A DNA stretch of 64,000 bases from an uncultured delta proteobacterium. GTDB lineage: Bacteria > Desulfobacterota > Syntrophia > Syntrophales > UBA5619. The stretch's first letter is position 1; each line of letters begins with the position of its first letter. Positions 55,692 through 64,000 of this stretch are shown piece by piece. The position numbers were made by a program, and so were the translations under genes. Below the pieces are notes generated by a model, which was not told the origin of the DNA, ran no database searches, and saw nothing but the letters and a program-made list of their open reading frames with translations. The stretch spans positions 18,393-82,392 of the forward strand of contig CAWFOM010000028.1 of NCBI GenBank assembly GCA_963817385.1. The letters run 5' to 3'.

Positions 55692-56914
55692 GAATCCGTT
55701 TACTTCCGGCGGTTGGTCGATGTTTGTCGCCGGGTGCTTTGCTGACGATCATTTCGATTCTGTTGGTCTATTCAGCCAATCACAATTCTCCCGACCCGCG
55801 TCTACAGGACGATTGGGTCAAGCAAATCATCTGGTTCGTACTCGCCGCGGGAATGTTTTTCGCGACTACCGCCATACCGTTGCGAATGCACGAGATTTTC
55901 GCGCCCATCTACTATGGCATTGCAATCCTCATGTTGCTGGGACTGATCTTGTTTGGCGCTTCCATGTTCGGGGCACAGCGCTGGTATAGTCTGGGGGCTT
56001 TCAGTATCCAACCGGCGGAAATCGGGAAGGTCGCCTTCATCTTTATGCTGGCGCGCTATTTGACATACAGCCGTCGTCCGATTTCGAGTCTCAAGAAGAT
56101 CGCGGCTGCTTCCGCCATCTGCGGCGTGATTACGCTGTTGGTGGTGCGCCAACCCGATCTGGGGTCGGCGGTCGTCTTCGCCGTGGTCTTTCTGGTGATG
56201 ATGTTCTGGGAAGGAATGCCGGTCAAGTATTTGCTGCTGTTTATCACGCCGGTCGCGAGTATGATCGCTTCATCGAGCATGATCGCCTGGATCGTGTTTT
56301 TCGCGCTGCTGATTTTCGCAGTGGTACCATTGATTCGATCGTCGCTGGCTTTTACGATCACACTGGTTGCCATCAATCTGGCGGTCGGCGCATTCAGTTC
56401 GATTGCCTGGAATCGCCTGCATGACTACCAGCAGATGCGTATCAAGATCTTTCTTGATCCCGGACAGGACCCGCTGGGAGCGGGCTACCAGATTATCCAA
56501 TCCAAGGTTGCCATCGGATCAGGGGGATTGCTCGGCAAAGGATATCTTGCCGGGAGTCAGAATAAGCTCGACTTTCTACCATTGCGGCATACGGATTTCA
56601 TATTTTCGGTGGCCGCGGAGGAATTCGGAATGCTGGGCAGCGTTGTGATTATCGCGCTGTTCGGATATATCTTGTATCGTGGCATTCGCGCGGCGATGAA
56701 AAGCCGTAATAGTTTCAGCGCGTTGGTAGCAATTGGGGCGACCGCGGCGCTGGGCTTTCAGATGTTGGTCAATATCGGGATGGTGCTTGGCCTCTTGCCT
56801 GTAGCAGGGGTGCCCCTCCCCTTTGTCAGTTACGGGGGTTCATCACTACTGGTGAGCTGGGTGTTTCTGGGGCTGGTAGTCAATGCCGAGCGGAATTGGC
56901 AGGAGTATAGTTAG
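55678..56914 (+). CDS. rodA: SEDS glycosyltransferase RodA (5' frameshift)
   Basis: QPAEIGK, QPDLG, GAGYQIIQS..AIGSGG, HTDFIF, PFVSYGGS. Confidence 0.93.
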
Positions 56915-56970
56915 AATTGAGTAGGTCGAGACGTTCGCGATCTCGACAGAATGATAGTACTGAGGTTGAA

Positions 56971-57930
56971 ATGTCCAAAAACTTCGCAATGACCGGTGTG
57001 GCGGGGTATATCGCGCCGCGACACCTTAAGGCAATCAAAGAAACCGGCAACCGACTGTTGGCGGCGTGCGATCCGCATGATTCGGTCGGGTTGCTCGACA
57101 GCTATTTTGACGACTGCAAATTCTTCACCGAATACGAGCGCTTCGACCGGCATATCGAGAAGCTGCGGCGCACCGGTGACGACGAACGCGTGCACTACGT
57201 CACGGTTTGCAGCCCCAATTATCTGCATGACGCGCATGTTCGTTTTGCGCTGCGAGCCGGCGCGGATGCGATCTGCGAAAAACCGGTGGTGCTTAACCCG
57301 TGGAATATCGACGCGTTGCAGGAACTGGAACAGGAATCGGGGAGACGGGTCTATACTATTCTGCAACTGCGGGTACATCCGTCGCTGGTGGCGCTGCGCG
57401 AGAAGCTCCAGAAGGAGCGCGCCGCTCACAAACACGAAATCACGTTGACTTATATAACTTCCCGAGGCGCTTGGTATCTCGTGTCATGGAAGGGTTCGGT
57501 TGAGCGTTCGGGCGGTTTGGCGACCAATATCGGCATTCATTTCTTTGACCTTTTGATATGGTTGTTCGGCGACGTACAGAAAAACGAAGTGCATCATTCC
57601 TCCGCCGAGCGCGCCTGTGGCTTTCTGGAACTGCAAAACGCCAACGTCAAATGGTATCTCTCCATCAACCAGAATGACCTCCCCGCCGATGCCAAAGAAA
57701 AGGGCAAGCGGACGTTTCGTTCGATTACGGTCGACGGACAAGAGATCGAGTTCTCGGAAGGGTTTACCGATCTGCACACGGTCGTCTATCGCGAGACGCT
57801 GGCGGGACGTGGTTTCGGATTGGAGGATGCGCGGCCGTCTGTCGTGGTGGCACACGATATCCGCGAAGCCAAACCCATCGGAGTCGGGGTACATTCGCAT
57901 CCGCTGGCGCTGAAGCTGAAATTGGCGTAA
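56971..57930 (+). CDS. Gfo/Idh/MocA oxidoreductase, WbpB/WlbA-like UDP-GlcNAcA 3-dehydrogenase
   Basis: GVAGYIAPRHL.AI, DSVG, PNYLHDAH, CEKP, NIGIHFFD, EFSEGFTDLH. Confidence 0.85.
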   Translation: MSKNFAMTGVAGYIAPRHLKAIKETGNRLLAACDPHDSVGLLDSYFDDCKFFTEYERFDRHIEKLRRTGDDERVHYVTVCSPNYLHDAHVRFALRAGADAICEKPVVLNPWNIDALQELEQESGRRVYTILQLRVHPSLVALREKLQKERAAHKHEITLTYITSRGAWYLVSWKGSVERSGGLATNIGIHFFDLLIWLFGDVQKNEVHHSSAERACGFLELQNANVKWYLSINQNDLPADAKEKGKRTFRSITVDGQEIEFSEGFTDLHTVVYRETLAGRGFGLEDARPSVVVAHDIREAKPIGVGVHSHPLALKLKLA

Positions 57931-57932
57931 CG

Positions 57933-57997
57933 GTAGGTTAGGCATTCTTGCCTGACCAAGACATCAAGGAAAGGACAGGCAGGAATGCCTATCCTAC
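57933..57997. repeat. GTAG-type REP doublet between convergent genes
   Basis: GTAGGTTAGGCATTCTTGCCTGAC and inverted GACAGGCAGGAATGCCTATCCTAC (21/24). Confidence 0.75.
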
Positions 57998-58019
57998 GGC
58001 ACTTTGCTTCGGCAAGCAT

Positions 58020-58522
58020 TCAGAATCGCAGACTCAGCTTGATTGAGGCGCCCCCTTTGGGCGGCTCGAAATCGGGAGTGATATCGACGTCGAAGCCGGC
58101 GAGATGGGCGTCCACATAGGCATCAAACATGCTCAGGAAGACAGTGAGACCGACCCCCCAGAGGTAATCGTCCCGGTTTGTGCGATACGATCTGTAAATG
58201 TTGTAGCGCGCGTATTGTTGGGATTGATCGCTGGTCTGCTGAATCGAGTTGTACTGGTCTTCAGTCTTCTTCCACCAATGAACAGCCTTGACGATAAAGA
58301 ACGTTTCCACGCCAAACACGACAGCGCTCTTGATATACTTGTGATTATAGTATTGCCCCCAGCCGGGCACGGCCACCGAACGCAGAAGCGCCCCCATCGG
58401 CGCGCGTTTCGGCTTAACCCTGCTCTGACCGAATCGCCCTGAACGGACAAGCTGTCTGCCGAAATACTGGCGGTAATCGCCAGCAACGAAATCAGCAAAA
58501 TGAGAAGGACATATCGACGCAT
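58020..58522 (-). CDS. DUF5683-like exported/membrane protein (frameshift near 58425)
   Basis: Signal peptide; A.LRS..PGWGQYYN; DAYVDAHL..FDV. Confidence 0.7.
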
Positions 58523-58612
58523 CGGATTGTATAATAACTGTGCGCACTAACAGAGGCAAGGCCTTTGCCAACTTGACCTTGACAGCATGGTCGATTTCGG
58601 TATATTCTCACG

Positions 58613-59383
58613 ATGCGCATCACCGCGAAATTGATCGAGTTGTTGAGGGCTAATGTCAGGACGGTGGCGTTGACCGGCGCCGGAGTTTCGGCGGAATCGG
58701 GCGTTCCCACCTTCCGGGGTAACGACGGGCTATGGAGCAAATTCGACCCCGCCGAGTTGGCTTCGATGAATGCCTTTATGCGCAATCCCAAGCTCGTTTG
58801 GGAGTGGTATCTTTACCGCCGCGACGTGATCGGCAAGGCGGAACCGAATATGGGACACGAGACGCTGGCGAAAATGGAGCAGCATCTGAGCGCCTTTACA
58901 CTGGTAACTCAAAACGTCGACAACCTGCATCGACGCGCCGGATCTCAGAACGTGATCGAATTGCACGGCAACATTCAGCGGAACAAGTGCAGGCAATGTG
59001 GCTCGCCAATGAATCAGGTCGAGATCGATCCCGACAACATTCCGCGCTGTTCCTGCGGCGGACAGATCAGACCCGACGTTGTCTGGTTCGGTGAGTTGCT
59101 TCCTGAGGAGGCTCTGATGACTGCGATCAAAATGGCCGAACAATCGGCGCTATTCCTTTCTATTGGCACGTCGGCATTAGTCTATCCGGCGGCGGACTTG
59201 CCGTTAATCGCCAAGAACAATGGCGCTTACTTGGTGGAAATCAATCCCGAGCCGACCGCGCTGACACCTTATGCCGATGAAGTATTCCGCGGGAAGTCGG
59301 GTGAGATTCTGCCGATAATCTGGCAGGCGGCAACGGAGGAAGCATCTTCCGCGGAAGCTTCCCTGCGAACGAATGAAGCATGA
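58613..59383 (+). CDS. cobB: NAD-dependent deacylase (Sir2, class III)
   Basis: TGAGVSAESGVPTFRG, WY..RR, TQNVD, ELHG, RPDVVWFGE, GTS..VYPAA. Confidence 0.93.
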   Translation: MRITAKLIELLRANVRTVALTGAGVSAESGVPTFRGNDGLWSKFDPAELASMNAFMRNPKLVWEWYLYRRDVIGKAEPNMGHETLAKMEQHLSAFTLVTQNVDNLHRRAGSQNVIELHGNIQRNKCRQCGSPMNQVEIDPDNIPRCSCGGQIRPDVVWFGELLPEEALMTAIKMAEQSALFLSIGTSALVYPAADLPLIAKNNGAYLVEINPEPTALTPYADEVFRGKSGEILPIIWQAATEEASSAEASLRTNEA

Positions 59384-59454
59384 GATGAAAGAGTTGCTCT
59401 AACACAAATCGACAATCGAGCGAAGCGAACAGCTGCGGCAGCGGTGGTAATCGC

Positions 59455-61564
59455 ATGTTCCGGCAGTTGGCGTTGTCGGTACTGGTTGCGCTCTTCTTGC
59501 TGTTGAGTTCCGGTTGTGTCTACTTCAACTCCTTCTATCATGCGCGTACGTGGTTCAATCAGGCGGAGAAGACCCGGCAGAGAGACAATCGCGACGTTGC
59601 TGCCGGCGGCGAAATCAAACTCTATCAGGATGCGCTCAAGAAATGTTCGAAAGTGATCAGTGAGCACCCCGGTTCCAGTTACATGGATGATGCTCTATTC
59701 ATGATCGGCAAGTCGTATTACTATACTGGTGATTTTCCGAAGGCGGAGCGCAAATTCCGCGAGTTGTTGGCGTCGTTCCCCAAGTCCAAGTATGCGGACG
59801 AATCGCGCTTTTTCCTCGGCAAAACGCGCTTCCATCTGGAGAATTACGTTCTCGCTATGGAAGTGTTCAAGGAGTACGTTGATAAGACCAAGGGCAACCC
59901 TTATCGCGCCGAGGCGATCTTCTTGACGGGCGAGACCGCACTGCTGGAGAATGACTCCGCGGGTGCAGTCGAGCAATACCAGAAGTTCGTAAAAGAGTAC
60001 AAGAACAATCCGAAGGCACAGGAAATCCAGTTCAAGATCGGCCAGATTCAATTTGAGCGCCAGCAGTTTGGCGAAGCTGCAAAGTCGTTTGCCGCAGCCG
60101 AGGCGCTGGCCCAAGTTGACAAAGTCCGTTTTCAGGCGCGATATCAAGAGGGGCGCTCGCTTTTCCTGATCGACAGCGTGAAGGCCGGATTGGCGATTTT
60201 CGAGAAACTCGCAAACGACAACAAAGACTCCGTTTTTCAGTCTGATATTCTGCTGCGGATCGCGGAGGGCAACTACCTGGCCGGCAATGAGCGCGAGGCG
60301 ATTCTGCTATATGATGACGTCACGACCCGCTACCCCAGATGGGTGCAGGCTGCCGAGGCGTACTACTGCATGGGCGCGATTGTGCAGAATGACTGGGGTG
60401 ACCTGGAACTCGCCAAGAGCATGTATGATCAGGCCGCCAAGATTCCCTCCTGCCGGCAAGTGGGGACAGATGGCAATGACAAAATCGGCTGACATCACTA
60501 AAGTAGAGAAATACCGCGCCGAGCCTTCTGATTCGGCAGAGGACATCGCCGATGAAAATCGCTTCTTGCTGGCCGAACTCTATCGCACCACCCTCAACCA
60601 GCCCGATTCCGCGCTGAGTGAATACAAAGGCCTAGTGGAGGATTTCCCGGGAAGCGAGTTGGCTCCCAGAGCGCTGATCGCGATCGGATGGCTATATGAG
60701 AACCAATACCACGATACTGCCAGCGCCAAAGAGTATTATCAGAAGATACTGGATCAGTACCCGTTGTCAGACGAGTACGGACAGGCCATCAAGTTGCTCG
60801 GCCTGCGGGACACGGAATCTGACTCGCTCTATGCCGACAAACTCTACGAATTGGCGGAAGAGCAATACTTCGACCGGGGCGATGCTGATTCGGCGCTGAC
60901 TCTGTTCCGGCGACTGATGAAGGAGTACCCCGATTCGCGGCTCGTACCGCGGGCCGATTTCGCGATTGCCAAGATCGAACTGAGCAGGTTTGTTCCGAAG
61001 ACGGAGTCCGCCGACTCAACCTATGTCGACTCTACCATGATTCTGCTGTTCAAGGGATTGGCGGAGAAATATCCCAAAACGCCGATTGGAGAGGAGGCGG
61101 CAAAGCTGGCGAGTGGTCAGGGGATGCCGAAAGCCGTGGTTGCACCGACTGATCAGGGCAAGCCCAAGACTAGACAGTACAACTGTGCCCGACACGACGC
61201 AGTCTTCGCGCAGATCGACACTCTCTCGGAATCGCAGCGCGCTGAAGAGAAGCTACGTGCGGAAATCGAGGCCACACCAATGATTACGACTGAGGAGCCG
61301 GTGACCAAAGGCGAATTCATTTATCCTCTCAGCGCGGCTGGAACAAAGATCGAGGGCAAACTGATGCTCAAGATCAAGATCGAGTTTGACGGCAAGGTCA
61401 GCGACGTCAATTTCCTGAAGGGATCAGGGAATGCCGATATTGATCGCGATGTCAAGAAGGCCTTGCTGGAAACCTACTTCAGCCCGATCCAGTTTGACCC
61501 GTCGAAGTTCCCCGGCTGGTTTATCTACTACTATGACGTCAAACTGCCGGAGATCTACAGATAG
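59455..61564 (+). CDS. TPR lipoprotein with C-terminal TonB_C-like domain; frameshift near 60450
   Basis: Lipobox LSSGC, YP.S...A TPR repeats, and C-terminal YPLSA....IEG..IEFDGKV.....GSG...ID. Confidence 0.75.
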
Positions 61565-61570
61565 ACAAGC

Positions 61571-61830
61571 GTGACATTTTCCATCACTGCAAAGTAATCG
61601 GCAATAATGCTCTTGGTTCGGGGGTTTTTCTTCTCGCAATCAACTTGCCATTGGAACGCTTTCCGATTCCGGGGACCTTTCTCCATATCAAGCCGAATAC
61701 CACTGGCACTGATCCGCTGCTGCGTCGGGCGTTTTCAATCTTCGACTATGACGAGGCAACCGGAGTTGTGGACATCCTCTACAAGGTCGTCGGTCGCGGC
61801 ACCGAGGTTCTCTCGCGGGTACGGCCGGGC
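61571..61830 (+). CDS. pyrK: Dihydroorotate dehydrogenase electron-transfer subunit, N-terminal fragment
   Basis: PG.F.HI...DPLLRRAFSI...LYKVVGRGT..LS...PGD, truncated at the junction. Confidence 0.75.
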
Positions 61831-62955
61831 GACGACCTGGCCATGCTGCAGCGTATGGGCGAAGACGTGCAGCGGCGGATGCAAGGGATTCCCGGCCTCG
61901 GCGGGATCGAGCTGTCCACCGAGGAAGCAAGCCCGCAGCTCTCGATCCGGATCGACCGGCAACGCGCGGCCGACCTGGGGCTCGATGTTACGGAGGTCGG
62001 GCAGACGGTGCGAACCGCGCTGGACGGCTCGATCGCCACCCGCTTCGCGGAAGGCAGCAACGAGTACGACATCCGCGTGCGGCTGCCCCGCGAGTCGCTC
62101 ACGAGCCCCGAGAACCTGGGCGCGATCGCGCTGTTCCCCGGAGGCAACGAACCGGTCTATCTGCGGGACATTGCGGATGTGCAGTTGGGAACCGGCCCGA
62201 CCACCATCTTGCGCGTGAACCAGAACCGCCAGTTGCGGGTGACCGGCGACGTGGACGACGAGGTAGCCAGCGTCGGCGAGGTCTCCCAAGCCGTGCGGGC
62301 GGCGCTACGAGACCTGCCCCTGCCCGAAGGCACGTCGCTGATCTACGGCGGCGAGGAGGAAGCGTCGCGGGAGAACAAGCGGAACCTGATCATCGTCACG
62401 CTCCTGGCGGTCTTCCTCGTCTTCATCGTCATGGCGATCCAGTACGAGAGCGTCAGCGATCCGTTCACGATCATGTTCTCGATCCCGCTGGGTCTGATCG
62501 GTGTCGGCGCGATCCTCTGGATCACCGGAACTCCGCAGAGCGCGCCGGTCTTGCTCGGGGTCATCCTCCTGGCCGGCATCGTGGTCAACAACGCGATTCT
62601 GCTGGTCCAATATGTCGAGATCGCGCGCCGCGAGAAGGGATTGCCGATCGAGCAGGCGGTGGTCGAAGCGGGCGCGGTGCGGTTGCGCCCCATTCTCATG
62701 ACCACCGGCACCACGGTTTTCGGCATGTTGCCGCTGGCGCTGGGACTCGGCGAGGGCTCCGAGCTGATGCAGCCGCTCGCCATCACCGTCATCGGCGGTT
62801 CGACCGTCTCGACGCTGCTTACCCTGATCGTCGTGCCCTGCGCCTACCTGATCGTGCAGAGAACGGCGGGGACGCTCAAGCGATTGGTGATCGGGGAACC
62901 GCGAGGAGGCGGGAACGGTCTCGAGGATCCGACGGAAGACGGGGCGCACGGGTAG
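61830..62955 (+). CDS. RND (AcrB-family) efflux transporter, C-terminal part
   Basis: IDR..A..LG, MAIQYES, GIVVNNAILLV, RLRPILMT, PLA..VIGG. Confidence 0.92.
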
Positions 62956-63038
62956 TACCGCCCGCCGCGACGGCGCGACCGGGGACGGGGCAAATCCTTC
63001 TGGGCCCGCCCCCCGCACCGTGTACAATCCACCGCCCT

Positions 63039-64000
63039 ATGATCAAAGTCTTCAGCGGCATCCAGCCCACCGGCACCCTGCACCTCGGCAACTACCTCGG
63101 CGCCATCGCGAACCTGGGTCGCGCACCAGGTCGCGCCCCGACTACCGAGACACGATGTTCTGCGTCGTCGACGCGCACGCGATCACGGTGCCGTACGACC
63201 CGGAGCGAGCTCCGCAAGAACATCGACGACGCTCGTCCGCGATCTTCTCGCCTGCGGCCTCGATCCCGAGAAGACCACCCTCTTCGTGCAGAGTCGACGT
63301 GCGCGAGCACACCGAGCTCGCGTGGTACCTCGCCTCCGTCACGCCCGTGGGCGACCTCGAGCGCATGACGCAGTTCAAGGACAAGGGCGAGGGCAAGGAC
63401 TTCGTCTCGCCGGGCTCTTCACGTACCCGGTGCTGATAGCGCGGACATCCTCCTCTACAAGGCGACGCGTCGTGCCCGTCGGCGAGGACCAGGTGCAGCA
63501 CCTCGAGCTCGCGCGCGAGACGGCGCGCCGCTTCAACCATCGCTTCGGCGAGACCTTCCCGGAGGTGCTCCCGCTCCTGACCGACGCTCCCAAGATCCTC
63601 TCCCTGCGCGACCCGGAGCAGAAGATGTCGAAGAGCGCGGGCGAGGGGCACTTCCTGGCGATGGACGCGACCGAATCCGAAGCGCGCGACATGATCAAGC
63701 GCGCGGTCACCGACGTGGGTCCGCGGCCGGAAGGCGAGATGAGCCCCGGCGTGGCCAACCTCTTCGTCATCGTCAAGACGCTCGGCGATCCCGCCGTGTA
63801 CGCCGGGCTGATGAGGGATTACGAGGGGGGCAAGCTCCGGTATGTAGAGCTCAAAGGGGCCGCCGCCGACTCGGTGTGGGCCACGATGGCCCGCATCCAG
63901 GAGCGCAAGGCGCAGTTCCCGGTCGAGAAGGTTCGGGAGATCCTGCGCGAGGGAGCCGCGAAGGTGCGGCCGCAGGCCCAGGCCAAGATCGGCGGACGTC
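63039..64000 (+). CDS. trpS: Tryptophan--tRNA ligase (frameshifted; runs off window)
   Basis: FSGIQPTG.LHLGNYLGA, RMTQFKDK, VPVGEDQ.QHLE, KMSKS. Confidence 0.95.

Noticed and set aside
58613..59383. Sir2-based anti-phage defence system
   Set aside because: Motifs are those of housekeeping CobB deacylases, and no HerA, pAgo or TIR partner is adjacent.

Overview
The window looks like a mosaic of three genomes joined at about 41370 and about 61830. Genes are truncated at both points, and single-base indels split many genes throughout, which is typical of uncorrected long reads. Segment 1 (1-41370) appears deltaproteobacterial (Desulfobacterota/Syntrophales-like; inference from gene content). 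Its first 11 kb is a Geobacter-type respiratory locus: a 9-heme c/b fusion cytochrome (CbcL-like) directly followed by a 7-heme NapC-type quinol dehydrogenase (ImcH-like). Beside these lie a CxxCH-bearing sensor kinase, a sigma54 activator, an Asp-less receiver flanked by two paralogous small membrane proteins, and two sigma54 promoters whose upstream GTATA/TATAC sites sit at identical offsets. The rest of segment 1 holds a histone-like protein, nitroreductase, arginine decarboxylase, NlpC/P60, truA, an AOR-USP-SCP2-ADH-SCP2-like cluster, ECF and ABC transporters, a LarA-family protein, a beta-CASP nuclease, tadA, tRNA-Ser and a Pat acetyltransferase. It ends with a Crp gene divergent from a CRP-box promoter, a partial GEMM riboswitch-like motif and a repeat-HTH / ExeA ATPase / TPR module. 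Segment 2 (41370-61830; FCB/Zixibacteria-like, low-confidence inference) carries envelope glycosylation genes around tRNA-Val/tRNA-Asp, accA, PTS IIA-mreC-mreD-mrdA-rodA, a WbpB-like dehydrogenase, cobB and a TPR-TonB_C lipoprotein. Segment 3 (61830-64000, GC-rich) has the 3' part of an RND transporter and trpS. No CRISPR array, rRNA or intact transposase was seen. Family assignments come from motif recognition and recall, not database searches.
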